DNA of 64,000 nt from Spirochaetia bacterium (lineage in GTDB: Bacteria; Spirochaetota; Spirochaetia; SZUA-6; Bin103), in assembly GCA_965199955.1 (NCBI GenBank), contig CBDATQ010000001.1:1472001-1536000 (forward strand), given 5' to 3'. A model generated the notes under the pieces. The model saw only the letters and a list, made by a program, of their open reading frames with translations, was not told the DNA's origin and made no database searches. The translations under genes were made by a program, and so were the position numbers. Below, piece by piece: positions 1 to 9,272 of the stretch; the first letter of the stretch is position 1; each line of letters begins with the position of its first letter.

Positions 1-256
1 GGCTGCGATAGCCGTCGACGCGTTCCGAGGGGGAGCTGACCGCGCCGAGCAACGCGCCCGCACAGCCGGCCAGAGCGGTCCGGGTGGCATCCGGCAGAGC
101 ATCTCCGTGCCGCTCGAACGCCGACCAGCCTACCTCCAGCTCGACCAGGTCGATCCCGCCGACGGCCTCCAGGAGCCGCGAGGCCTGGGCGGTCACCTCC
201 GGCCCGATCCCGTCGCCGGGCAGCAGCGCCACCCGCGCGGGCCCGCCGTCGCTCAT
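1..256 (-). CDS. Homoisocitrate dehydrogenase (isocitrate/isopropylmalate dehydrogenase family), N-terminal part, runs off the window
   Basis: Not in the ORF track. Manual translation from ATG at 256: [22 protein letters not shown]...[19 protein letters not shown], with the family PGDGIGPEV motif. ATGA overlap with the stop of the upstream gene. Confidence 0.85.
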   Translation of the reverse strand, partial: MSDGGPARVALLPGDGIGPEVTAQASRLLEAVGGIDLVELEVGWSAFERHGDALPDATRTALAGCAGALLGAVSSPSERVDGYRS

Positions 257-741
257 CGGGCGAGCCGGGCGCGCACGAACGGAATGAGGCCGCCGACGTC
301 CAGGATCCGCTGCACGCCCTCGCTGAATGGCGGGAACCGGTAGCACGCGGTTCCGCTGCGGATGATCGACTCCTCGACCAGCACCTCCGCGCTCTCGCCG
401 CCGGCGACCGCGGCCACCGCTTCCGGGCAGACGACGGCGGGCAGCCCGTTGTTGATGCAGTTGCGATAAAAGATCCGCGCGAAGCTCACGGCAACGACGG
501 CGGCGATGCCGTTGGCCACCAGGCAGGTGACCGCCTGTTCGCGGCTGGACCCGCACCCGAAGTTCCGGCCGGCGAGGATCACGTCCCCCGTCCGGACCTG
601 GCGGGCGAAGTCGGGGTCGAGATCCTCCAGGGCGTGAGACTTGATCTCGTCGACCGACCGGAGCGTGTAGGTGTACTTCCCGGGGAAGATGACGTCCGTG
701 TTGACGTCATCGCCGTACTTCCAGACCCGGCCTGCCGCCAC
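253..741 (-). CDS. lysU: Homoaconitase small subunit (LeuD/HacB family)
   Basis: [45 protein letters not shown]. In an operon with homocitrate synthase. Confidence 0.85.
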   Translation of the reverse strand: MAAGRVWKYGDDVNTDVIFPGKYTYTLRSVDEIKSHALEDLDPDFARQVRTGDVILAGRNFGCGSSREQAVTCLVANGIAAVVAVSFARIFYRNCINNGLPAVVCPEAVAAVAGGESAEVLVEESIIRSGTACYRFPPFSEGVQRILDVGGLIPFVRARLAR

Positions 742-742
742 G

Positions 743-2038
743 TCAGTCGGCGCCCACCGCGTCGGGCGCGCAGATCCGGCCGGCCACGGCGCTGGCGGCG
801 ACCACGGCCGGCGAGCCCAGGTAGATCTCGGCGTCCGGGGTGCCCATCCTGCCCCGGAAGTTCCGGTTGCCGCTCGAGATGCACACCTCGCCGGGCGCCA
901 GCACGCCGAGGTGGTTGCCCATGCACGGTCCGCACCCCGGCGTCCCGAAGACGGCGCCGGCGGCCATCAGATCCGACGCCAAGCCGGCGCGCACGGCGTC
1001 CTCCAGCACGCGGCTCGACGCCGGCACGATGAGCAGCCGCGTGCCGGCGGCGATCCTGCGGCCGCGCAGGACGCGGTGGACGGCCTGCAGGTCCTCCAGC
1101 CTGCCGTTGGTGCAGGTGCCGATGAAGGCCTGGTCGACCCGCACGGCGCCGAGCTCGTCGACGGCCACGACGTCGTCCACCCGGTGCGGGCGCGCCACCA
1201 TCGGCCGCAGATCCGACGCGTCGACCACCACGCGCATCGCATAGACCGCGTCGGGATCGGGATACAGCGCCGTCCGCCCTAACTCCTCGGGGCTCCGGCC
1301 ACTCGCCGCCGCCAGGAAGTCGAAAACCGGCCGATCCGGCGGCAGGTACGTACACTTGACGCCCATCTCCGCCATCATGTTGGCAAGGCTCGTCCGCGAC
1401 TCGAGGCTCAACGTGGCGAGTCCGTCGCCGACGAACTCCACGCTGCGGTAGAGTCCGCCGTCCGCTCCCAGCCGCGACAGCAGGTGCAGGGCGATGTCCT
1501 TGCCGGTGACCGAGGGCGGCACCGGGCCGTCGATCGTCACCTGCAGCGACTCCGGCACGCGCAGCCACAGTTCCCCGGTGGCCCACAAGCACGCCACCTC
1601 GCTTCGCCCGACTCCCGCGCCGAAGGCCCCCATCCATCCGAAGTGCGGCGTGTGGCTGTCGGCGCCCAGGATGAGCTGGCCGGGCAGCACGAGCGCCTCC
1701 TCGCTCAGCACCTGGTGGCAGATGCCGCGCCCCACCTCGAAGAAGTGCCGGACGCCCTGCTCGCGGACGAACCGGCGCACCTCCGCGTGGTTACGCGCGT
1801 GCGCGGTGCTGGGCGCGGGCACCGCGTGGTCCAGCGTGATCGCCATCCGCTCCGGGATGACCACGCGTTCCTGTCCGAGCTCCATCCAGATCTTGCGGAT
1901 GGCGGCGGTGTTGTCGTGGCTCAGCACCACGTCCGGCCGCGTATCCACGACCTGCCCGACCTCCACCGAGCCGGCGCCGGCCGCGCGCGCGAGTGCCTTT
2001 TGCGCGAATGTCTGGGCGGACTTCTGCACGCCGCTCAT
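743..2038 (-). CDS. lysT: Homoaconitase large subunit (LeuC/HacA aconitase family)
   Basis: [22 protein letters not shown] (Fe-S cysteines), [12 protein letters not shown]. Context favours homoaconitase over isopropylmalate isomerase. Confidence 0.85.
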   Translation of the reverse strand: MSGVQKSAQTFAQKALARAAGAGSVEVGQVVDTRPDVVLSHDNTAAIRKIWMELGQERVVIPERMAITLDHAVPAPSTAHARNHAEVRRFVREQGVRHFFEVGRGICHQVLSEEALVLPGQLILGADSHTPHFGWMGAFGAGVGRSEVACLWATGELWLRVPESLQVTIDGPVPPSVTGKDIALHLLSRLGADGGLYRSVEFVGDGLATLSLESRTSLANMMAEMGVKCTYLPPDRPVFDFLAAASGRSPEELGRTALYPDPDAVYAMRVVVDASDLRPMVARPHRVDDVVAVDELGAVRVDQAFIGTCTNGRLEDLQAVHRVLRGRRIAAGTRLLIVPASSRVLEDAVRAGLASDLMAAGAVFGTPGCGPCMGNHLGVLAPGEVCISSGNRNFRGRMGTPDAEIYLGSPAVVAASAVAGRICAPDAVGAD

Positions 2039-3183
2039 GGCTCCCCGCCGTCCTCCACGCCCTGTGCGGCCCGCAGGAGCGCATCGACGTCGTCCAGGCT
2101 CAGCGGCTTGTCGTCCGCCATGCGCTTGATCCGCGACGTCAGGCTGCGGATCTGGTCGTCGCCGAGATCGAGCTGGAGCTGCTGCGCCCGGTGCTTGATC
2201 GCGTTCCAGCCGGTGAGGCGGTGCGCCACGTGGATGTACCGGTCCATGCCGAAGTCGCCGGGATCGAGGATCTCGTACGTGCTGGGATTATTGAGCATCG
2301 CCTTGGCGTGGATACCTGCCTTGTGCATGAACGCCGCGTAGCCGGTGATGTAGTTGTTGAACGGCACGTCGATGCCGACCAGGTCGGCGACGAGGTTCTC
2401 CACGCGCCGGAGCACCGGCAGGCGGTAGCGGGTGCGCACCAGGTCCGCGTCATGGGCGTACATACGGGCCAGGAATCCACCGAGCGGCGTGATCCCGTTG
2501 CGCTCGCCGATGCCCAGCACGGAGGCGTCGACGTGCGTCGCCCCGGCCGCCAGCGCCGCGTAGGCGTTGGCGACCGCGCAGCCGGTGTCGTTGTGGCCGT
2601 GGAACTCGATGTTGCAGGTGACGATGCCGCGCAGGGTGCGCACGACCTCGTGCACGCGCAGCGGGTCCGCCACGCCCACCGAGTCGGCGATGCCGACGCG
2701 CGACACGCCGACCTTGTCCACCTCGCGGTAGATGGTGAGCAGGTCGATCAGGTCGCTGCGGAAGCTGTCCTCGCTGGAGAACCTGACCTCAAGGCCGTGG
2801 CCCTTGATGAACTCGATCACCTCGACGGCCGCCTCGATGATTTCGCCGATGTCGCGGCCGTGGGAGAACTGGCGGAGCAGGCTGGAGGTCCCGAACAGGA
2901 CGTCCAGGCCGTCGACGCCGGTCTCCACGGCGAGCCGGGCGTCGTCCATGTGGCAGCGGGTGTGGGTGAGCACCTTCGCCTTCAGGCCGAGCCCGGTGAT
3001 GCGCTCGCAGTCGCGCCGGGAGCCGGGGCTGGCGGCGGGCGAGGTCAGCTCCAGGTACTCGACGCCCAGCTCGTCCAGGAGGGTGGCGATCTCCACCTTG
3101 TCGTCCGTCGTGAAGAACGCGTTGGCGAACTGCTCGCCCTCGCGCAGGGTCGACTCGATGATCGCGAAGTTGTCCAGGCTCAT
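2035..3183 (-). CDS. lysS: Homocitrate synthase, fungal/Thermus type
   Basis: Start [24 protein letters not shown] at 3183; [28 protein letters not shown] motifs. Confidence 0.93.
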   Translation of the reverse strand: MSLDNFAIIESTLREGEQFANAFFTTDDKVEIATLLDELGVEYLELTSPAASPGSRRDCERITGLGLKAKVLTHTRCHMDDARLAVETGVDGLDVLFGTSSLLRQFSHGRDIGEIIEAAVEVIEFIKGHGLEVRFSSEDSFRSDLIDLLTIYREVDKVGVSRVGIADSVGVADPLRVHEVVRTLRGIVTCNIEFHGHNDTGCAVANAYAALAAGATHVDASVLGIGERNGITPLGGFLARMYAHDADLVRTRYRLPVLRRVENLVADLVGIDVPFNNYITGYAAFMHKAGIHAKAMLNNPSTYEILDPGDFGMDRYIHVAHRLTGWNAIKHRAQQLQLDLGDDQIRSLTSRIKRMADDKPLSLDDVDALLRAAQGVEDGGEP

Positions 3184-3295
3184 GGTGACGGGCGTCCGGC
3201 AACCGGCGGCAACCCCATCACGGTGGCACGGGCCGCAGGCCCCCGATACGATGCGCCCGACGATAGCATGCGACGATGATTCGCAGGAGGAGCCG

Positions 3296-4732
3296 ATGGC
3301 GACAATCAAAGGGGTGATCATCGATCAGACGAGCGGCCAACCCGCCGCCTGCACCGTGCACGTGCTGTCATCGAACGGGGCGTTCATCCACCCGGACGGG
3401 GCGGTCCTCAAGGTGGGACCCGGCACCCCGGCGTTCTACTGCGACGGCTCGTTCGAGGTCACGGTCCCGACCGGCGGCGTACGGGTGCTGGTCGAGCGCG
3501 GCACCGAGTACGTGCCGCTGAAACGCAACCTTACCGTCACCGAGACGCAGACCGTCGACCTGGAGCTGCCGCTGCAGCGGTGGAGCCATCTGACCGAGCA
3601 GGGCTGGTACCCGGGCAACACCCATATCCACTACGACGAGAAGGAGCAGCAGCGCGACGGCCGGCTGGCGCTGGAGGGCCACGTGCACGACTTCTCGGTC
3701 ACGGTGGTCAGCGTGCTGCGGCGCTGGGAACTCGACTACGCCAGCAACCACTTTCCGATCGGGGTGATGACCGACCTGAGCACCTCCCATCACGTCGTCG
3801 ACATCGGCGAGGAGAACCGCCACAACTTCCACGGCGGGGAGATCGGCTACGGCCACGTGATGTTCCTGCGCATCCGCAACCTGGTGGAGCCGGTCAGCCG
3901 CGGCATGCTGGTCGACAACCTCGACCCCGACTACCCGCCGATCTGTCACGCCTGCGACGACGCGCGCGACCAGGACGGCATCGTCCTCTGGTGCCACAAC
4001 GGCCGCGGCCTGGAGGCGCCGGTCGCCGCCGCCTTGGGCAAGCTGGACGGCTTCAACCTGTTCGATCCGTTCTGGATGGACCCCGAGTACGAGATCTGGT
4101 ACCGGCTGCTGAACTGCGGCATCCCGCTGCCGGCCAGCACCGGCTCGGACTGGTTCGTCTGCTCCAACAACCGCGTCTACGTCGACACCGGCGGCCAGGG
4201 TTTCGACTACGACCGCTGGATCGACGGACTGAAGGCCGGCCGCACCTTCATCACCAACGGGCCGACGCTGTTCCTGCGCGCCGACGGCGCCGCTCCCGGC
4301 GACACGCTGGACGTGCAACCCGACCGGGAGCTGGAGGTGGAGGTGGAGCTCAAGAGCCATCACCGCGTCGACCGCATTGAGCTGGTATGCAACGGCGCGG
4401 TGGTCAAACGCTGGCACCGGCCGGCCGGCGTCGCCGCCGAGACGATCCGCGAGCGGTTCGCCCCGCCGGGCGACGGCTGGGTCGCGGCGCGCTGCTACAG
4501 CCACGTGCGCGACAGCTACGACCAGGAGATCTTCGCCCACACCAGTCCGATCTACCTGCGCTGCGGCACGCCGAACCGGGCCGCGAAGCCCGACGCCGCG
4601 TACTTCGTCGACGGGATCGACGTGGCGCTGAACCAATGGGTGAGCCACAAGCTGCGCTATGGCTCGGACCGCCAGCGCGAGGACGTGCGCGAGCTGTTCA
4701 AGCGCGGCCGCGGCTTCTTCGAGGGAGTGTGA
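3296..4732 (+). CDS. CehA/McbA-family PHP-like metallohydrolase
   Basis: GGAGG RBS before ATG 3296; [46 protein letters not shown]. Confidence 0.75.
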   Translation: MATIKGVIIDQTSGQPAACTVHVLSSNGAFIHPDGAVLKVGPGTPAFYCDGSFEVTVPTGGVRVLVERGTEYVPLKRNLTVTETQTVDLELPLQRWSHLTEQGWYPGNTHIHYDEKEQQRDGRLALEGHVHDFSVTVVSVLRRWELDYASNHFPIGVMTDLSTSHHVVDIGEENRHNFHGGEIGYGHVMFLRIRNLVEPVSRGMLVDNLDPDYPPICHACDDARDQDGIVLWCHNGRGLEAPVAAALGKLDGFNLFDPFWMDPEYEIWYRLLNCGIPLPASTGSDWFVCSNNRVYVDTGGQGFDYDRWIDGLKAGRTFITNGPTLFLRADGAAPGDTLDVQPDRELEVEVELKSHHRVDRIELVCNGAVVKRWHRPAGVAAETIRERFAPPGDGWVAARCYSHVRDSYDQEIFAHTSPIYLRCGTPNRAAKPDAAYFVDGIDVALNQWVSHKLRYGSDRQREDVRELFKRGRGFFEGV

Positions 4733-4734
4733 CG

Positions 4735-6390
4735 ATGGCGGGAGAGAAGCCGCGCGGGCGGCTGGCGCGGAACTACCGGCTGACCTGGGTCGACGACTCA
4801 GGGTTCACGGCGAGCGTGATCAATCCGCCGGTGAGCCCGGCGCGGCTGGCCCACCTGACGGTGGGCGGGCTGGCCGGCACGCCGGTGGATGCGTTCGTGG
4901 CCACCGTCGGCCAGTGTGCCGGCTACACGCTGTCCTATCCGACGAAGGTGGAAGGCATGGAGTTCCTGGTCGACCGCCTGAACGCGGGCGCCGCGCTGGG
5001 CGGCGGCGTTCAGTGGCGGAGCGCGGAGAACCTGCGCCGGCTGTGGGCCGACGGCCACGACCCCGTGCGCATCGTGATGGACGAGGCGCACCGGCTGGGC
5101 ATGGACTTCTGGCTGCAGCTCCGCATGAACGACTGGCACCACGTCGACAGCGAGGGCAAGGTCTACCGGCTGATCGGCAGCGACTACTACGAGAGCCACC
5201 CCGAGCTGCTGATCGGCGCGGAGGGCGTGGCCGGCTGGCCGGAGTCGCTGCAGGAGTCGCTGGCCTGGTTCCAGGATTTCGCCCACGAGAAGGTGCGCCG
5301 CATCCGCCTGGACACCGCCACCGAAGCGATCGAGCGCTACGACGCCGAGGGCTGGGAATACGACTTCATGCGCTGCCCGGGACTGTTCGCGTACGGCCGG
5401 GAGCGCGCCAACGCCCACTTGGTCACGGAGCTGATCCGCGACACGTGGCGGATGCTGGACGAGGTCGGCCGCGCGCGCGGCAAGACGCTGGGCCTGTCGG
5501 TACGCGTGCCCAACACCATTGCCGGGGCCACCATGCTCGGCCTGGACGTCGAGGAATGGGTCGCCGACCACTTGGTCGACATCGTCGTGCCGTCGACCTT
5601 CTTCGCCCAGGACACGGAGGAGGACATGCGCGAGTGGGTGAAGCTGGCGGCCGGCACGCCGGTGCTGGTCCATCCCGCGATCGAGGAGGGCTTCATCACC
5701 GGCAAGCGCACCGGCTACGGCATCCCCTACTACCAGGTGCAGTCCGACCCGATGCAGGCGATGACCGTGGAGATGATCCGGGGTATCGCGGCCCGCCACC
5801 ACGCCGCCGGCGTGCACGGCCTGTACCTGTTCAACTATCAAGGCACCTGGACGACCTACGGGTACGACAACAGCCCCGCGCTCGACGACATGGCTTCGCC
5901 GCTGCGGCTGCGCTTCAAGGACAAGCGCTACGTCGTGATGCGCCGCAACGGCTCGTTCCCGAACTGCTTCCCTCAGGAGCGCCGGATTCCGGTCGAGCTG
6001 GGGCCCGGACCGGTCGAGATCGACATCGAGATCGCCGACGACTTCGCCGACGCCGGCGCTCGGCTGCGCTCCGTTCACCTGAAGCTGCTGCTGGTCGAGC
6101 CGTGCCACGAGGACCGGCTGGAGGTGCGCCTGAACGGCGGCGAGCCGCTGCCGATCGCCAACCCCATGGCCGCCGGCCGGGCCGCGCCTTTCGAGCGCGC
6201 ATGGGCGGTGTTCGACCTCACGCCGTCCCCGCCCCGTGTCGGCGTCAACCGGATCAGCGTGCGGGTGGAGCGCCACCCGCGCCTGGCCAAGGAGTTGCCG
6301 CTGGTGCTCAGCGACATGGAGATCGACGTCTCCTACCGCTACCCGAACGGCCCCTGGATCCCGCCCCCCGGCTTCAAGCCGCGGACGTAG
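4735..6390 (+). CDS. GHL10-like (family 10 glycosyl-hydrolase-like) TIM-barrel protein, paralog 1
   Basis: ATG 4735 just after the upstream stop; LRMNDWHH, YDAEGWEYDFMR, GLYLFNY; C-terminal beta-rich domain. Confidence 0.65.
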   Translation: MAGEKPRGRLARNYRLTWVDDSGFTASVINPPVSPARLAHLTVGGLAGTPVDAFVATVGQCAGYTLSYPTKVEGMEFLVDRLNAGAALGGGVQWRSAENLRRLWADGHDPVRIVMDEAHRLGMDFWLQLRMNDWHHVDSEGKVYRLIGSDYYESHPELLIGAEGVAGWPESLQESLAWFQDFAHEKVRRIRLDTATEAIERYDAEGWEYDFMRCPGLFAYGRERANAHLVTELIRDTWRMLDEVGRARGKTLGLSVRVPNTIAGATMLGLDVEEWVADHLVDIVVPSTFFAQDTEEDMREWVKLAAGTPVLVHPAIEEGFITGKRTGYGIPYYQVQSDPMQAMTVEMIRGIAARHHAAGVHGLYLFNYQGTWTTYGYDNSPALDDMASPLRLRFKDKRYVVMRRNGSFPNCFPQERRIPVELGPGPVEIDIEIADDFADAGARLRSVHLKLLLVEPCHEDRLEVRLNGGEPLPIANPMAAGRAAPFERAWAVFDLTPSPPRVGVNRISVRVERHPRLAKELPLVLSDMEIDVSYRYPNGPWIPPPGFKPRT

Positions 6391-6398
6391 GAGGACAC

Positions 6399-6438
6399 GT
6401 GAACCAGAAGATCCGGCAGTGAACCAGAAGATCCGGCA
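6399..6438. repeat. Perfect 20-bp tandem duplication GTGAACCAGAAGATCCGGCA x2
   Basis: Copies at 6399-6418 and 6419-6438, read directly from the sequence. Confidence 0.95.
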
Positions 6439-6603
6439 GGGGCTGGGGCAACCGTCAGCCGGACACGTGACTCCGCCGAGGACCAGGCCTCATCACTTCG
6501 GAGTTCGGCCCGGAGTGGACCTCGACAGCTCAACCAACTGGCCGACGAGTTGGAGGCGGAAGCGTTCGTCGCGCGCTACAACGGGAAGACCGGACTCGGT
6601 TGA
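6419..6603 (+). pseudogene. VapB-like antitoxin remnant (5' truncated, frameshifted)
   Basis: VNQKIRQGL...HHFGVRPGVDLD, then after a 1-nt slip (K)LNQLADELEAEAF. Confidence 0.6.
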
Positions 6604-6772
6604 TCCCAACCTCCTCATCCATGCTCACAATGCGACTCGCCGGCGCACGATGCGGCTCGGCGCAGGCAACCTCACCACGGACGCTCACCTGGCCGCCCTG
6701 GCGATCGGCCGAGGGTACGAACTGCACAGCACGGACACGGACTACGCCCGGTTTCCGGCGCCTGAAGTGGCG
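6599..6772 (+). pseudogene. VapC/PIN toxin remnant with large internal deletion
   Basis: VDPNLLIHAHN joined almost directly to GAGNLTTDAHLAALAI...STDTDYARFP; the middle of the PIN domain is missing. Confidence 0.7.
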
Positions 6773-6917
6773 GTTCGGTCCGGCGGCGGCGGAGCGGTTG
6801 TCGGCGGTGCTCGCCGGCGTGACCGACGCGGATCGCCTCGCTGAAGCGGGCGAGTGGATCGTGGACTGCGCTACGACTGCCGATTTCCTGGCCCGCGTGA
6901 GCGGCGCCGGCGCGTAG
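6771..6917 (+). pseudogene. C-terminal fragment resembling Rpn-family/DUF4351 protein tails
   Basis: RFGPAAAERLSAVLAGVTDADRLAEAGEWIVDCATTADFLAR*. Confidence 0.5.
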
Positions 6918-7097
6918 CCCCAGCGGCGATGCACGCATGAATGTCCTCGGCCGTCAGATCAGGGTAGTAGTCACGAGTGATCTGACTGAACGGAAGGCCC
7001 TCATCGACCAGTGCGAGGACGTCGTGCACCGTAATGCGCGTCCCGGCGACGCACGGTTGCCGAAGTGCACCGTGGAGTCGACGGCGATACGGTCCAT
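6918..7097 (-). pseudogene. DUF433-domain antitoxin, frameshifted and 3' truncated
   Basis: Manual translation: MDRIAVDSTVHFG / PCVAGTRITVHDVLALVDEGLPFSQITRDYYPDLTAEDIHACI, with a 1-nt loss at GKP. Confidence 0.75.
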
Positions 7098-7111
7098 CTC
7101 GGCGGGGCGCA

Positions 7112-8140
7112 CTACGCTTCGCCGAGCAGTTCCCGCTCGCCCTTCAGGTGTAACTCGTCGGCGAAGTGGCAGGCGGAGAGGTGCCCGTCGCCGCCGACCG
7201 GCGCGAGAGGGGGCAGTTCCTGCTCGCAGATCGGCTGCCGGTACGGGCAGCGCGTGTGGAACGGGCAGCCGCTCGGCACCTTCGCGACCTCGGGTATCTC
7301 TCCTTCCAGGATGATGCGCTCCAGCGGGCGGTGCGGATTGGGCTGCGGGATGCCGGAGAAGAGCGCCTCCGTGTAGGGGTGCTTGGGGCGCAGGAAGATC
7401 TCGCGGCGCTCTCCCACCTCCACGAAGTGGCCGAGGTACATCACCGCGACGCGGTCGGTCATGTGCCGGATCACGCTGAGGTCGTGCGTGACGAACAGCA
7501 CGGTGAGGTGCAGATCGCGCTGCAGGTCCAGGAGCAGGTTGAGGATCTGCGCCTGCACGGAGACGTCCAGCGCGGAGGTAGGCTCGTCGGCCAGCAGCAG
7601 TTGCGGGTCGAGCGCCAGCGCGCGCGCCACGCCGATGCGCTGCCGCTGGCCGCCGGAGAAGGCGTAGGGGTAGCGGTTGAGCTGCTCCGGCTGCAGTCCC
7701 ACTATGCGCATGAGCCGCTTCACCGCGTCGTCGAGCTCGCCGCCTTTCACGCCGCCGTTCACCATCAGCGGCTCGCCGATGATCCGGCGCACGGTCATGC
7801 GCGGATTGAGGGACGACTCCGGGTCCTGGAAGACCACGCGGATCCTGCGCCGCACGGCCTTGAGCGCATCGCGGTCGGCCGTCACGACGTCGATCGGTTC
7901 GGCGTCGTGGGGACGGAACACGATGTGGCCGTCGGTGGGCTCCACGGCACGAACCAGCAGCCGCAGCACCGTGGTCTTGCCGGACCCGCTCTCGCCGACC
8001 AGGCCCAGCGTCTCGCCGCGCTGCACCTGGAAGCTCACGTCGTCCACCGCGCGGATCCAGCCCACAGTGTGCTTGAGGATCCCGCGCTTGATCGGAAAGT
8101 ATTTCTTCAGGCCGCGGACGGTGAGGACGTCCGGTGCCAT
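7112..8140 (-). CDS. Opp/Dpp-type ABC transporter ATP-binding protein (OppF/DppF-like)
   Basis: GESGSGKT, FSGGQRQR, ADEPTSALD, C-terminal GCPFHTRC. Confidence 0.93.
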   Translation of the reverse strand: MAPDVLTVRGLKKYFPIKRGILKHTVGWIRAVDDVSFQVQRGETLGLVGESGSGKTTVLRLLVRAVEPTDGHIVFRPHDAEPIDVVTADRDALKAVRRRIRVVFQDPESSLNPRMTVRRIIGEPLMVNGGVKGGELDDAVKRLMRIVGLQPEQLNRYPYAFSGGQRQRIGVARALALDPQLLLADEPTSALDVSVQAQILNLLLDLQRDLHLTVLFVTHDLSVIRHMTDRVAVMYLGHFVEVGERREIFLRPKHPYTEALFSGIPQPNPHRPLERIILEGEIPEVAKVPSGCPFHTRCPYRQPICEQELPPLAPVGGDGHLSACHFADELHLKGERELLGEA

Positions 8141-8159
8141 TTCGGCGGAGCCGTTGGGG

Positions 8160-9272
8160 TCAGCCAGGGGTCGCCTCCCCGGCGAGCTCCGCCTCCGGGA
8201 CGGCGGACTCGACCACCTCGTTTCCCTCGTAGAGGAAGCAGCGCACCGTGTGGCCGCTGTCGGTGCGGTACAGCGGCGGGAGCTGCGCGTCGCAGGTGCC
8301 GGCGATGAACTCCGCGCAGCGGTTGCTGAACGGACACCCGCGCGGCCGGCTGTAGGGGTCGGGCACCGACCCCTCGATCGCCTCCAGGCGGCTCTTGGGC
8401 TCGACGCCGATACCGGGGATGGAGGCGAGCAGCGCCCGCGTGTAGGGGTGCTTGGGCTCGTCGAAGATGGCCACGACCTCGCCCTGCTCGACGACCGTGC
8501 CCAGGTACATCACCACCACCTCGTCCGCGAGCTCGGCGATGACGCCCATGTTGTGGGTGATGAAGATCATCGACATGCGGTTGGCGTCGTGCAGCGTGCG
8601 CAGCAGGTCGAGCACCTTGGCCTGGATGGTGACGTCGATCGCCGTGGTCGGCTCGTCCGCCATCAGCAGGCGCGGGTTCCCGGCCAGCGCCATGGCGACC
8701 AGCACGCGCTGCCGCATGCCGCCGGACAGCTCGAAGATGTAGGAGTCGATCAGGGTGCGCGGGGAGGGGATGCCGACCTCGGCCAGCAGGTCCACGCAGC
8801 GGTCGCGGCCGGTCTCCTTGGTGAGGCTCTCGTCGTACAGGCAGAGCGCCTCGACGATCTGGCTGCCGACCGTGTGCACGGGGCTGAGCGCGCTCATCGG
8901 CTCCTGGAAGATCATGGCGATCTCCCGGCCGCGGATCGAGCGGAACTCCTCGCTCTGCGGGTCGAGCTGCGCCAGGTCCATGACGCCGGCGGTGTCGCTG
9001 GCCGCGGTGGTGGACGCGCCGTGGAAGCGGATGCTGCCGGCGACGACGCGGCCCGGCGGCGGGATGATGCCGAGGATGGAACGCGCCGCGACCGACTTGC
9101 CGCAGCCGCTCTCGCCGACGATGCCGACGATGCGCTGCTCGGGCACCTGGAACGACAGGCCGTCGACGGCGCGGACCACGCCCAGGTTGGTGAAGAAGTA
9201 GGTGCGCAGCCCGGAGACCTCCAGGAGAGGCTTCCCCGCCGGACCGGCGCCGCGCGCTCCGGAATCGCTCAT
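8160..9272 (-). CDS. Opp/Dpp-type ABC transporter ATP-binding protein (OppD/DppD-like)
   Basis: [33 protein letters not shown]. Confidence 0.93.
   Translation of the reverse strand: MSDSGARGAGPAGKPLLEVSGLRTYFFTNLGVVRAVDGLSFQVPEQRIVGIVGESGCGKSVAARSILGIIPPPGRVVAGSIRFHGASTTAASDTAGVMDLAQLDPQSEEFRSIRGREIAMIFQEPMSALSPVHTVGSQIVEALCLYDESLTKETGRDRCVDLLAEVGIPSPRTLIDSYIFELSGGMRQRVLVAMALAGNPRLLMADEPTTAIDVTIQAKVLDLLRTLHDANRMSMIFITHNMGVIAELADEVVVMYLGTVVEQGEVVAIFDEPKHPYTRALLASIPGIGVEPKSRLEAIEGSVPDPYSRPRGCPFSNRCAEFIAGTCDAQLPPLYRTDSGHTVRCFLYEGNEVVESAVPEAELAGEATPG

Noticed and set aside
253..2038. leuC/leuD of leucine biosynthesis
   Set aside because: Same families, but flanked by homocitrate synthase and a homoisocitrate-type dehydrogenase, so homoaconitase is favoured. 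Dual function is not excluded.
2035..3183. nifV (nitrogenase homocitrate synthase)
   Set aside because: Sequence is fungal/Thermus type and no nif genes are nearby.
3184..3295. Lysine riboswitch upstream of homocitrate synthase
   Set aside because: The gap is only about 110 bp, shared with a divergent gene, and shows no recognisable L-box features.
6399..6438. CRISPR array from the 20-bp or 12-bp (29162-29197) repeats
   Set aside because: Units are directly adjacent with no spacers, and there are no cas genes.
6937..7314. 125-aa plus-strand ORF
   Set aside because: Antisense shadow of the DUF433 pseudogene and the oppF-like gene.
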